From Clostridiales bacterium (GTDB lineage Bacteria; Bacillota; Clostridia; Saccharofermentanales; DTU023): a stretch of 64,000 nt of DNA. Every line of letters starts with the position of its first letter. Positions within the stretch are counted from its first letter, which is position 1. The notes under the pieces were generated by a model that was not told the origin of the DNA, did not search any database, and saw only the letters and a program-made list of their open reading frames with translations. A program made the position numbers and the translations under genes. Location: positions 36,290 to 100,289 of the forward strand of contig JAQYCV010000033.1 of assembly GCA_028724525.1 (NCBI GenBank), given 5' to 3'. Below are positions 45,658 through 55,622 of the stretch, piece by piece.

Positions 45658-47469
45658 CTAGGCGTAGAGGTCTTCCAGTTTGCCCACGATCTCACCCATG
45701 AAGTTGATGGTCCGATCTAGGGCCTTGGTGTTGGAAATATCAATCTTAGCAGTCTTAGCATGGTCGACAGGGGCTGTCGGACCGCCCTGGGCCAGGAATT
45801 TCAACCAATCTTGGGTGGCGGACTCCCCTTCTTCCCGAAGCCTTCTAAACATTTCCGTAGAAATGACCAGGCTGCAAGAATAGGTGTAGGAATAAAGGCC
45901 ATTGTAATAGTGGGGTTGGCGCATCCAGGTGAGTTCTGCGCCCTCATCTAGAATCACCGCATCGCCCCAGAATTTCTCCAGGGTTTCCCGGAAGATTTGG
46001 TCAAAGTCCTCCGCCTGCAGGTTTTCCCCCTTGTCTACTCGGCGGTAGACCTCACGCTGGTAGTAACCTTCTAGGAAGTGGGTGACGAAGTTGTGGTAGT
46101 AGGTATTTTCAATCATGGCCGCGTAGGTCCGCTTGGCCAAGGCTTCATCGCCCTTAGCTTCCGCTTCTTGCAAGAGGCTATAGGAAAGCAGCATCTCGTG
46201 GAAGGTGGAAGGAGATTCCACATCGTACCAGGTGAAATCAGCTTCCAGCACGGAGTTGTGTTTCTCTGTCAGGAGGCCTTGGGCAGCATGGCCCAGTTCA
46301 TGGGCCAGGGTGTAGAGTTCGGAGAAGGAGTCATTCCAGTTCAGGAGGATATAGGGCGGGCATGATACCGGGGGATAGCAGAAACCACCCGTGGACTTGC
46401 CTTCGTTGCGGGCAAAGTCGACCCAGCGTTCAGCAAAGCCTGCCATGACCATGTCTTGATAGTCTTTACCCATGGGGGCAATGGCCCTCTTAATATAGTC
46501 CTGGGCCTCCGTGACACTGACCGCAGGGCTATTATCGGGATCGAGCACCAGCTTGAGGTCGGCATAGTGCATCTCGTCCAGGCCGTGCTTCTTCTGCAGG
46601 AGCTTGGCCCAGCGCCGCATGATGGGGGCCAGGTGTTCCATGGTGAAGTCTAGGTGGCGGTCATATTGTTCACGGTCTACCTTTTGGTGGAAAAGCAGGT
46701 AATCAAAGACCGATTCGAAGCCGCGGAGTTCTGAGATGGTCTTCTCTTTCTGGACCTGGGCGTTATAGATGGTAGCGTTGATGTGGTGATAGTGCTTGAG
46801 ATGGTCTGAGAAGGCCTGGAAGGCAGCCCGGCGGACAGCCGTGTTGGGCTCCTCACAATAATGGGACTCGTAAAGGACATAGGATAAGGGATAGGTCTTG
46901 CCATCCACTTCAAAATCGGGGAAGCGCATATCCCCTCCCTTGGAAATATCGTAGACATCCTCCGGAAGGCCTAGAGTCGGGCCCAGCTTGGCCAGGGCCA
47001 TCTCTGTCTTAGGGCTCAGCATGTGCTTTTGCCAGGCCTGGATATCTTTGAGGTAGATAGCAAACTGAGGGGCTTCTTCTGCAGCCTTCATGAGCTTATC
47101 CCCAGGGGCCTTCGCTAATTCATCTTGGAAGAATTGCAGGTCGGCGCTTAGCTCAGCCAGGCCCTGGAAAACTTCGCCCGCCAAGCGCTGGGCAGCCGCG
47201 TCAGCCATATCTGTACTAGGTCGGAGGTGGGCATAAATACCTATCTGGGTCAGACGGGTCTCTAGCTTATCGTAGGCTTTGAGGGCCTGCACGATGAGCT
47301 TGGCCTTGCCCTCTTCTATCTCGCCTTTATAGTGTTTGCGGAAGTCCTTAGCCTCGGCCTTCACGTCCTGTAAGGCCTGGCGGCAGGCTTCATCATTGAT
47401 AAAAAGTTTACTTAAGTCCCAAGTAAGCTCTTGGGCGACTTCTGACCGTTTAGGTAATGCTTGTGCCAT
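45658..47469 (-). CDS. pepF: Oligoendopeptidase F (M3B)
   Basis: 603 aa with the HELGH zinc motif (TLAHELGHAAQG). Confidence 0.9.
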   Translation of the reverse strand: MAQALPKRSEVAQELTWDLSKLFINDEACRQALQDVKAEAKDFRKHYKGEIEEGKAKLIVQALKAYDKLETRLTQIGIYAHLRPSTDMADAAAQRLAGEVFQGLAELSADLQFFQDELAKAPGDKLMKAAEEAPQFAIYLKDIQAWQKHMLSPKTEMALAKLGPTLGLPEDVYDISKGGDMRFPDFEVDGKTYPLSYVLYESHYCEEPNTAVRRAAFQAFSDHLKHYHHINATIYNAQVQKEKTISELRGFESVFDYLLFHQKVDREQYDRHLDFTMEHLAPIMRRWAKLLQKKHGLDEMHYADLKLVLDPDNSPAVSVTEAQDYIKRAIAPMGKDYQDMVMAGFAERWVDFARNEGKSTGGFCYPPVSCPPYILLNWNDSFSELYTLAHELGHAAQGLLTEKHNSVLEADFTWYDVESPSTFHEMLLSYSLLQEAEAKGDEALAKRTYAAMIENTYYHNFVTHFLEGYYQREVYRRVDKGENLQAEDFDQIFRETLEKFWGDAVILDEGAELTWMRQPHYYNGLYSYTYSCSLVISTEMFRRLREEGESATQDWLKFLAQGGPTAPVDHAKTAKIDISNTKALDRTINFMGEIVGKLEDLYA

Positions 47470-47554
47470 ATCTTCCTCCTATGGTTCTCTTATGTGTTAA
47501 AGCAATTGTTTGTTGTGTTATAGCGCCTTAGAAAGGCTTTCTACTAGTTTACCG

Positions 47555-49156
47555 CTATTTACTCTGACTTTCATCTAAGTAGAGGCCCCGCAAAATATCC
47601 AAAGCATGGTCCATGGGCATGCCTGGCGTAATTTCCGGTCGATAGTGCATCTCTATCAGGAGCCAATCAATCTCGCTGGGGGCTTGAATGTGGCCCCATT
47701 CTTGGCAGTAGATGGAATCCCGGTAGGCGTAGGAGTCATTGATCAGACCCAGGGACTGGATCAGCTCTTCCTGGAGCAAATGGATCATGTGGACTTCTAG
47801 GTTGACATCTGTGGCAACCCCAATATTGGCTCTATTGATCTCATATAAATCGTCACCGGCCTTCCACCAATAGTTGAAGAAGCCCCAGTTGCCGGGAGGG
47901 GCATCGGGCATGCGGAAGGTCAGGGCATCCAGGGGAGCAAAAAGCAGATGGATATTGTAATCCTCATGTTCATCCATGGAGTAGCTAATCTCTGGCAGGA
48001 GTTTTAAGGAGTTGAGTTGCATCACCAGCCGGTCTAGGGTCTCCAGGACGGCGGGGTTGGGCTCACCTTCATAGTCGACATAGATATGGATAGGGTCTGC
48101 CCATTTTTTGACAAATCCGTCATCGGCGTGGTCAAATTCGCCAGAGCCCGCGACTTCTTCGTAAAGCTTGAGGCCTCGCTCAAAGAATTCGGGGTCAATG
48201 TCCGCTCGGCGCTCATAGAAGCTTTCGCGGGAGCCCTCCGGGTTCAGGTCCAGGCCAAAGGATTTCCATAAGGCCTGGTCTTTCTCTACAGCCTTAGCCT
48301 CTTCCTCCTTAGCGGTCTCTGTCCGAACTTCAGCAGGCGAAGCTTCTTCGTCCGCAGGATCATAATCCGCAGGGCCCAGATAGAGATTCTCTAGGATCTC
48401 CAGGGCTCGATCAAAGTCCATGCCCGGCTTGAGCTCCGGCCGGTAATGCATTTCGAGGATGAGCCAGTCCAGGTCGCTGGGCTCAGCAGTTAGGGGCGCT
48501 TGATCATAAAAGATACTGTTGGGATGGCTGGCCGACTTGGTCATGAAGCCCAGGATATGCCAAAGATTTTGGCCCGCTAGGCCTGCGACCTGGTCGGGGT
48601 CGACTTGGTCGTAAGCCACCCCGATATGGCCACTATAGAGGCGGAAGGGCGGATCATTGGCCCAATTCACATAAAAGGCCGAGGGGTCTTTCAGCTGGGA
48701 GAAACCGTGGACACGCAGGGTCCTCTGCTTGTTGATGGCAAGTTCAACATTGTAAGGGCCGTCTTTCTTAGCTTTCAGAGAAATCTCCGGGAGCAAGCCC
48801 CGCTGGTTCATCTGTTCTACCAGGCTGGAGAGTTGGGCAAGATTGTCCTCTTGCAGGTCACTCCGGTCATCCAGGCCAATTCTGAGGGGAGAAGTCCACT
48901 TTTTAATGGCATGGTTCATCTCCTCATCCCGCAGGTCATAGCCGGCCACTTCTTTGTAATAGGTCAGGCCTTCTTCAAAAAATTCCGGATCTAGCTCCTC
49001 TCGGCGATCAAAGAAGGAGGGAATTTTCTCAAGTGTCTGGGTAGTTTTCTCTGCTTGAGCCCAGGCACTAGCAGGAAGTAGGCCTAAGGCCAAGCTGGTC
49101 AGCAGGGCGAGGACCAAGAGGATTCTCTTGGCCTTATAGGGTTGGAAAGTCAGCAT
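47555..49156 (-). CDS. Secreted protein of unknown function with two tandem homologous halves
   Basis: It has a signal peptide. The two halves (~250 aa each) share blocks such as DPEFFE.GL..Y.EVAG, KKW..P, LLPEIS and D.DWL.LEMHYRPE..PGM....AL.IL..LYL. Confidence 0.6.
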   Translation of the reverse strand: MLTFQPYKAKRILLVLALLTSLALGLLPASAWAQAEKTTQTLEKIPSFFDRREELDPEFFEEGLTYYKEVAGYDLRDEEMNHAIKKWTSPLRIGLDDRSDLQEDNLAQLSSLVEQMNQRGLLPEISLKAKKDGPYNVELAINKQRTLRVHGFSQLKDPSAFYVNWANDPPFRLYSGHIGVAYDQVDPDQVAGLAGQNLWHILGFMTKSASHPNSIFYDQAPLTAEPSDLDWLILEMHYRPELKPGMDFDRALEILENLYLGPADYDPADEEASPAEVRTETAKEEEAKAVEKDQALWKSFGLDLNPEGSRESFYERRADIDPEFFERGLKLYEEVAGSGEFDHADDGFVKKWADPIHIYVDYEGEPNPAVLETLDRLVMQLNSLKLLPEISYSMDEHEDYNIHLLFAPLDALTFRMPDAPPGNWGFFNYWWKAGDDLYEINRANIGVATDVNLEVHMIHLLQEELIQSLGLINDSYAYRDSIYCQEWGHIQAPSEIDWLLIEMHYRPEITPGMPMDHALDILRGLYLDESQSK

Positions 49157-49201
49157 GTTCTCCTCCTCAATACTGGTTACAGGTGGTGAGCCGTTTTGGG
49201 G

Positions 49202-50038
49202 CTAGGCACGGATTTGGCTTAGGCCCATCATAAGGCCAAAATCGGCCTTATCCCGGCGGTAGGAATGATAGTCTTCTGGCTTTGCAACCGTCGACTGGTT
49301 GCAGAGCAAGATGTGGTCCGGGGGCAGGCCGGCCCGCAAAAAGTTATAGCAGAGGCAGAGCTGGAGGTCGACCAGATATTTGGGTCTTTCACTAGGACCT
49401 GCTTTGGGTCGGACCAGGTCTGGGAGTGCTGGGTAGGCAGCCCGGAAGAGGTCAGCGACATCATCCCCCACTTCAAAGTCTTCTCGGCCAATATGGGGTC
49501 CAATAGCCAGATAAAAGTCCTCAACCTTGACCGGGTAATCTTCCAGCATAGCGGCCAGGGCCTTGCCGCCCACATTGTGGAGGGTCCCCTTCCAGCCTGA
49601 GTGGATGTTGGCCTGAACCTGGGCCTCAGGGTTATAGAGGAGCAAGGGGGCACAATCGCCAAAGGAAGAGGACAGAAGGAAGTCGGGCCGGGAGGTATAG
49701 AGGCCATCCACCCCTGTCAGGCGGCGGCCAAGGCCAAAGGCTTGGCCCAGGCCCTCCTTATCGACCCGGGCAGACCGGTCTGTGTGCTCCTGTAGCATAA
49801 AGTAGTAGACCGAGTGGGAACCCGGCATAGCTTGAATCAAGGACTGCCAGGCTTGCAGGAAATCAGGGTCCGCTTCCCTGCCCTTCATCCGCAAGTTGAC
49901 ATCCTTGGAGCTAAAGAGATGGTTGAGGCCCAGGGCCCACAGGTCTGGGAAGTAAAAATACCGGACATCCGCAGGCTGGTAGGTCCGCCAGGCCGCATGG
50001 CTTTGACATAAAATTTGTGCTTGGTCAATCAGGTCCAT
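49202..50038 (-). CDS. pgeF: YfiH/PgeF (DUF152) purine-nucleoside phosphorylase / peptidoglycan-editing family protein
   Basis: 278 aa with the conserved HSGWKGT motif. Confidence 0.75.
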   Translation of the reverse strand: MDLIDQAQILCQSHAAWRTYQPADVRYFYFPDLWALGLNHLFSSKDVNLRMKGREADPDFLQAWQSLIQAMPGSHSVYYFMLQEHTDRSARVDKEGLGQAFGLGRRLTGVDGLYTSRPDFLLSSSFGDCAPLLLYNPEAQVQANIHSGWKGTLHNVGGKALAAMLEDYPVKVEDFYLAIGPHIGREDFEVGDDVADLFRAAYPALPDLVRPKAGPSERPKYLVDLQLCLCYNFLRAGLPPDHILLCNQSTVAKPEDYHSYRRDKADFGLMMGLSQIRA

Positions 50039-50065
50039 AGGCTGTGGTCCAAGGGGCTAAATGCA

Positions 50066-51469
50066 CTAGAGGCTAAAGAAGTGCTGGATCACCTGGGTCA
50101 TGTAGTAGGGATCCAGGCTTCCCCCTGTTTCTCGGCAGGAATGCATACCCCAAATGGGGTTTCCTACATCGACGGTAGACATGGGCAGGAGGGTGGAAGA
50201 AATAGGCCCGATGGTAGACCCGCCCCGCATGTCAGACCGGTTGATAAAGGTCTGGCAAGGGACACCTGCCGCCTGGGCTAGCTGGCGGAAGACGGCTGCA
50301 GACTTGGCATCTGAAGCATAGGATTGAGAGGCTGCCATCTTGATAACAGGTCCGCCATTGACCTTAGGCCGGTGGCCGGGATCTGCTTTCTCGGGATAGT
50401 TGGGATGGACTGCATGGGCCAGGTCTGCAGAAATCATAAAAGACCGGGGGAAGGCTTGGAGGAAGTCTTGCCGGTCTCCGCCTAGGGCTAAGACCAGGCG
50501 CTCTAGGCAGTCACGCACCCAGAGGCTGGCTGCTCCTTGCTTGGTCCGGGACCCGACCTCTTCATTGTCGGTGACCAGCAAGACTTGGATGCCTTGGGCC
50601 TCCGGGGCCTGGTCACTGGCTGTGATTAAAGCATCCAGGCCCGCCTTGAACATAGAGAGATTGTCTAGGCGCCCAGATGAAATGAAATCATCATTTAAGC
50701 CACAGAAGCAAGGAGGCTCTACCGGATAAGTCAAGAGCTCATAGTCTAAAATATCCTCGGGCTGGCAGGCCAGACGGTCTGCTAAAAGGTCCTTGAAGAT
50801 GTCTCGCGGCTGGGCTTGCTTGTCCACAGTGAGTCCGCCGTCTTCCAGGCAGAGGAAGGGCAGGATATCCTTTTGTCGCTCAATCTTTTGGCCATCATTA
50901 GACTTATTTTCCATGTGTATGGCCAGGTTAGGCAGGATCAGGAGGGGATCTTTAAGGTCTAACAAGCGTTCTTGGGGCTGCAGGGGGTTGTCACTCTTTA
51001 AGGTCACCCGGCCGGCCAGGGAAAGAGGACGGTCAAACCAGGTGTTGAGCAAGGGGCCACCATAGACCTCAACCGCCAGGCGGATCACCCCTTCAGAAGG
51101 TGCAACAGCTTGGGGCTTGACTTTTAAGGCTGGTGAATCGGAGTGGGCGCCGAAGATGCGGAAGCCACTGGTCAGGGGATTTTGGCCGATCCGGAAGGCC
51201 AGCAAGGCAGAAGAATTTTGGACAAGATAGCCCTTATCACCCGGCTGGAGCCGTAAGTGCTCACCAGGATCATGTTGGGTGAAAGCTGCCTGGTCGAGCC
51301 GCTTGCTGGCGGCGGCTACAGCCTGCCAGGCCGTAGGGGCTTGCTGGAGGAAGGCTAAAAGGTCTTCACAGCTTTTCCGTGCTTGCGCCTTGGCCTCAGA
51401 GCTGAGGCTGTGAGAAGCGGAAAGTGTGGCGGATGGGTTGGAAGGGGTGGGGTTATGAAGGTCTGACAT
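50066..51469 (-). CDS. M18 family aminopeptidase
   Basis: 467 aa with DNEEVGS and other M18 motifs. Confidence 0.85.
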   Translation of the reverse strand: MSDLHNPTPSNPSATLSASHSLSSEAKAQARKSCEDLLAFLQQAPTAWQAVAAASKRLDQAAFTQHDPGEHLRLQPGDKGYLVQNSSALLAFRIGQNPLTSGFRIFGAHSDSPALKVKPQAVAPSEGVIRLAVEVYGGPLLNTWFDRPLSLAGRVTLKSDNPLQPQERLLDLKDPLLILPNLAIHMENKSNDGQKIERQKDILPFLCLEDGGLTVDKQAQPRDIFKDLLADRLACQPEDILDYELLTYPVEPPCFCGLNDDFISSGRLDNLSMFKAGLDALITASDQAPEAQGIQVLLVTDNEEVGSRTKQGAASLWVRDCLERLVLALGGDRQDFLQAFPRSFMISADLAHAVHPNYPEKADPGHRPKVNGGPVIKMAASQSYASDAKSAAVFRQLAQAAGVPCQTFINRSDMRGGSTIGPISSTLLPMSTVDVGNPIWGMHSCRETGGSLDPYYMTQVIQHFFSL

Positions 51470-51501
51470 AGATTCCTCTCTATCTCTTGTATAGGGTCTT
51501 C

Positions 51502-52383
51502 CTATATTTCTAAGCTTTTGAATTCCAAATGGACCTGCTGGCCCGCGGCAATATTGGCAATCATCTGGCGGAAGTTGTCGGATAAATCGGAGGCATAAAA
51601 GCGGTTGAGCCGGGCATTGGTCTCATCTCCTGCCGGCTCTTGAGGACCTGCCAAGAGGCCTCGGTCGGTCAAAACCTGAGCGAGGGCCCGGACCTGGGCA
51701 GCCGCCGGATTCCAAATCCGCAGTTGAGGATAAAGACGGTGGAGCTTGGCCTCCATCAGGTGGTAGTGGGTACAGCCTAAAATGAGGTCGGTCAGGCCCT
51801 CAGCAGCCACAAAGTCATCCAAATAGTAATGGATAGCCTCCTCCATCATGCTGTGGTCGAGGAGGCCCTCTTCAATCAGGGGGACAAAGATAGGACAGGC
51901 CTTTTGGGCCAGCTGGCTTCCTGGAAGGGCATTGGCCAAGAGTCGGGGGTAGACCCCGCTAGCCACCGTGACCTTGGTACCAATCACGCCTAATCGGCGA
52001 GAGGCAAGAGCCTGGGGATCCGTCCGCAAGCTCATGGCTATTTCTGCAACCATGGGGTCAATAATGCCGACAATAGGCAAAGCGGGGTAGTCTTCCTGGA
52101 GGTCTGCTAGGCAGGTAGAAGATACCGTGTTGCAGGCGATCACAATGGCCTTACAATCTTCCGCAACTAAAAAGTCTACAATCTCCCGGCTAAACTTTTG
52201 GATGGTTGGCAGGGACTTGGACCCATAGGGGGTACGGGCTGTATCGCCAAAATACACCATCCTTTCCTCCGGCAGGGCCTCCAGCAAATAGGGCACGACC
52301 GTAAGGCCGCCTAGACCGGAGTCAAAGACCCCGATCGGGCGGGGGTCTCCAGCAGAGTAGGTAAAGGGGGTGTTTTTCGGCAT
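51502..52383 (-). CDS. murI: Glutamate racemase
   Basis: VFDSGLGGLTV, ACNT and GCTHY motifs. Confidence 0.9.
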   Translation of the reverse strand: MPKNTPFTYSAGDPRPIGVFDSGLGGLTVVPYLLEALPEERMVYFGDTARTPYGSKSLPTIQKFSREIVDFLVAEDCKAIVIACNTVSSTCLADLQEDYPALPIVGIIDPMVAEIAMSLRTDPQALASRRLGVIGTKVTVASGVYPRLLANALPGSQLAQKACPIFVPLIEEGLLDHSMMEEAIHYYLDDFVAAEGLTDLILGCTHYHLMEAKLHRLYPQLRIWNPAAAQVRALAQVLTDRGLLAGPQEPAGDETNARLNRFYASDLSDNFRQMIANIAAGQQVHLEFKSLEI

Positions 52384-52398
52384 GGACTTATCTTCCCC

Positions 52399-53499
52399 TT
52401 AAGCCCTTAGATAGGCTTCTAGGAGGGCCAGGGTATTGGCTATTCCCTCCCGGTGGATCCGCTCATAGCCGTGCGAAGCCGCTACGCCGGTACCGATGAG
52501 GGCATGACGGACATCAAGGCCGGTGCCCAGGGCAGCTGAGCAGTCTGACCCATAGAAGGGATAGATGTCCACTGCATAGTGGAGCTTCTCCTGCTTGGCC
52601 AGCTGGATGAGCACTGTGGTCATGCTGTAGTTATAAGGGCCAGAGGAATCCTTGGCACAGATGGAAACGGTGTACTCATCTGTATCCAGATCTTCTCCGA
52701 CCACGCCCATATCGACGGCCAGCATATCGGAAACACCGACAGGGAAACCACCAGCGGCCCCATGGCCTACTTCTTCGTAATTGGTAAAGAAAAGATAGGT
52801 TTTTCGGCGGAGTTTGAGTCGGCCGGCGGCGACTTCTTCCGCTAGGCGTAAGAAAAGAGCGGAACTGGCCTTGTCATCCAGGTGCCGAGATTTGAGGAAG
52901 CCATCACCGGAAAGACGAGGCCGGGGGTCTAAGGCAATATAGTCGCCGGCAGAAATACCGAGTTTTTCAACATCTTCGCGAGACTTCACTTGCTCATCTA
53001 AGACCAACTCCATGCTGGAGTCATCACGGACGGTTTCATTGGTCTTGCGGCTGGCGTGAACGGCAGGGTTAATGAGACGAACAGTCCCCTCATAAGTCTT
53101 GCCCTCCCGGGTAAAGACCTGGACATTCTCCTGTTCTACATAGTTGTAAGGGAAGCCCCCAATCGTAGTAAGGCGGAGACGGCCATCTGCCTTAATAGTA
53201 CGGACCATAAGGCCCAAAGTGTCAATATGGGCAGAAAGGAGGAGGGCATCATCGCCTGGCTGGCCAGAACGAGGCTGGGCACCCAGGGTGAGTTCGCAGA
53301 GGACGCCGCCCTTGTGGCGCTGCCAGGGTTTAAAGCCGAGGCCTTGCAGGCGGTCCATGAGATAAGCTTCCACCTGCTGGGTATAGCCGGAGGGACTGGG
53401 GATAGCACAGATTTTCAGAATTTCCTCCATGGCTTGGTCTGCGAGGTCATAATACTTCTGAGCGGGGCCCTTGGGGCAGTCCTTGTTTTGTGTAGGCAT
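52399..53499 (-). CDS. M42 family metallopeptidase
   Basis: AHIDTLG and NYEEVGHGAAG motifs. Confidence 0.8.
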   Translation of the reverse strand: MPTQNKDCPKGPAQKYYDLADQAMEEILKICAIPSPSGYTQQVEAYLMDRLQGLGFKPWQRHKGGVLCELTLGAQPRSGQPGDDALLLSAHIDTLGLMVRTIKADGRLRLTTIGGFPYNYVEQENVQVFTREGKTYEGTVRLINPAVHASRKTNETVRDDSSMELVLDEQVKSREDVEKLGISAGDYIALDPRPRLSGDGFLKSRHLDDKASSALFLRLAEEVAAGRLKLRRKTYLFFTNYEEVGHGAAGGFPVGVSDMLAVDMGVVGEDLDTDEYTVSICAKDSSGPYNYSMTTVLIQLAKQEKLHYAVDIYPFYGSDCSAALGTGLDVRHALIGTGVAASHGYERIHREGIANTLALLEAYLRA

Positions 53500-53522
53500 A
53501 GGGAATCCTTCCTTTTCTGCAA

Positions 53523-54173
53523 TTATTCTTCTAAAGTTTGGAGCTGGCGCTCTGCGGCTTGGGCCTCTTGGTCCAATCCTGCCTGTTTAAAGGCCGTGAG
53601 GGCAGACCGGGTATAGCGCAAGTTTTCCCGGGGCTTCCCTAGCTGGCCATAGGCCTCGGCCAAGGCTAAAAAGGCCTGGGCTTCCAAGGCTAAGTTCTTA
53701 TCTGACGATGCATAGGTTTTCGCCAGCTGGTAATACATGATCGCTGTATCAGGGTCTTGAGCCTGCAAAAAACACTGACCCTGGCCCAGATAGTTGCGGG
53801 AAAGCTTAGAATGGTAACCCTCCATATGGGAGTTCAAGATCCGCAAGGCCTTGCGATAAGAGGCCAGACTTTCGGCTATCTTGCCTTGGAGGCAGTAGAG
53901 CTCGCCTATCTCTTGCAGGGCCTGGGTTTGGTTATAGGGTTCATCCCGGCGGAAGCCTGCGCTGTAGAGCTGGTTAAAGGCCTCATGGGCCAATTCCCAC
54001 TGGCCTTCCTGCTTGTAAAGGGTCCCCTCCAAGAGGTAGAACTCAGACCGGTGGGCCGGCCGTAACTGGGAAAATTTTTCCTTCACCTCTTCCAGAATAT
54101 GGGCAGCCTCAGTATTTTGCCCGCTCGCAAGAGTCGCGCGAATAGCCTCAAATTTTTCGGTGATTTCTGCCAT
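53523..54173 (-). CDS. Tetratricopeptide-repeat protein
   Basis: 216 aa of repeated A..Y...G....A...Y..AL-type 34-residue patterns. Confidence 0.65.
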   Translation of the reverse strand: MAEITEKFEAIRATLASGQNTEAAHILEEVKEKFSQLRPAHRSEFYLLEGTLYKQEGQWELAHEAFNQLYSAGFRRDEPYNQTQALQEIGELYCLQGKIAESLASYRKALRILNSHMEGYHSKLSRNYLGQGQCFLQAQDPDTAIMYYQLAKTYASSDKNLALEAQAFLALAEAYGQLGKPRENLRYTRSALTAFKQAGLDQEAQAAERQLQTLEE

Positions 54174-54182
54174 CTTGCCCTC

Positions 54183-55622
54183 CTATTCTGTCCGGATGGC
54201 CTCTAAGGGCGAGAGCCGCATAGCACGTAAGGCAGGCAGAAGGCCGGCCACCATGCCGATAAGGATAGAGAAAGCCAAGGCCATCAAGGCCAGCCAGGCG
54301 GGAATGATGGAATTGGCTTGTCCAGGGCCCCCGCCCATCATGCCCATGAGCATGCCGCCCCCATCTTCTCCCTGACCTACAAAATGGTTTAGGAGGTAGG
54401 AAGCGCCATAGGAGAGGCCCAGGCCGATCACGCCCCCAATGAGACCAATCATACCTGACTCCAGGAGAAAGAGGTTGCGGATGGTTTTGAGATTACAGCC
54501 CAAGACCTTAAAGACCCCGATTTCCTTAGTCCGCTCATAGATAGCCATCATCATGGTATTAGCAATACCAATGGTTGCGACTAAGAGGGAGATGCCGCCA
54601 ATACCACCTAGCATGGTCTGGGTCCGGGAGTAGGACTCTTGCATCTGCTGAATGTATTCAGCATTGGAATTGGCCTGGTAACCTAGGTCTTGAATGGACT
54701 TGGTGAGATTCATGGTCTCGTCGATAGAGTCGGACTTAACTACCAACTGGCTATAGATAATTTGGCCAGTGGACCGGCCGCTTTTGGTTTGGGGCTGGTT
54801 GGGCCAGGCCTTACCCTTAAAGACCATATTGAGGAATTCTTTGGCGGGCTCGATGTCCGTGTAGATCCCATAGTCGTATTCAGAATAGCCCAGCTTGCCA
54901 GGTGCAATAATGGCATCCGCCTGGACAAGGAACTTTTTCGGAGCCTTAACCGGCTGACTACTGCCTCCCTCGTCAGAGGATTGATTTCCGAACTTGCCCT
55001 CCCAATAGGCCTGTGTATCAAAGATGGCGAAGACGGGCGTTTCGTACATATTCACGTCCGGGGGTGGCTGTTCTTGGTCGGGATCACCGCCCCAGAAACC
55101 ACGCATCGGGTCACGAGACTTGGTGTTATAAAACTGGTAGTTAAATTGTTTGCCAATGGCCAGGGGCAGCTTGCCCTCCTGGTATTCATCTGGAGAAGGG
55201 AAAGATCCCTCTTCAAATTCCCAACTCAAATCATCTAGATATTCCCGGCTGTAGGCCTCTATGCTCTGCACGTTTTCGTAGGGGCCTAGGAAAAAGGCTA
55301 CATCAATCCGCAAAAGAGGAGACACATATTCCACATGGGGCAGGGCAGAAATCTCTGCTAGAGCCTTGTCGTCTAGTTTCTTAGACTTGTCATTCTGGCC
55401 GCTCGGGCCAAAAAAGCCACCCGACCCATAGACCCGAATATCCTGGAGTTCACGGCTCGACCCAATCGCCTCTTCCATAAATTGCTGCTGGGCAATCCCA
55501 ATGGAGAGCATGACAACAATGGCGACTGTGCCGATGACAACGCCCAAAATGGTGAGGCCAGACCGCAACTTCCTCCTCCATAGGCTGGAGAGGGCCATTT
55601 TGATTTGGTCAGTAAAACGCAT
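54183..55622 (-). CDS. ABC transporter permease, FtsX/MacB-type
   Basis: 479 aa: TM1, a large periplasmic-type domain, and a C-terminal FtsX-like 3-TM bundle. Operon includes a MacB/LolD-type ATPase. Confidence 0.8.
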   Translation of the reverse strand: MRFTDQIKMALSSLWRRKLRSGLTILGVVIGTVAIVVMLSIGIAQQQFMEEAIGSSRELQDIRVYGSGGFFGPSGQNDKSKKLDDKALAEISALPHVEYVSPLLRIDVAFFLGPYENVQSIEAYSREYLDDLSWEFEEGSFPSPDEYQEGKLPLAIGKQFNYQFYNTKSRDPMRGFWGGDPDQEQPPPDVNMYETPVFAIFDTQAYWEGKFGNQSSDEGGSSQPVKAPKKFLVQADAIIAPGKLGYSEYDYGIYTDIEPAKEFLNMVFKGKAWPNQPQTKSGRSTGQIIYSQLVVKSDSIDETMNLTKSIQDLGYQANSNAEYIQQMQESYSRTQTMLGGIGGISLLVATIGIANTMMMAIYERTKEIGVFKVLGCNLKTIRNLFLLESGMIGLIGGVIGLGLSYGASYLLNHFVGQGEDGGGMLMGMMGGGPGQANSIIPAWLALMALAFSILIGMVAGLLPALRAMRLSPLEAIRTE

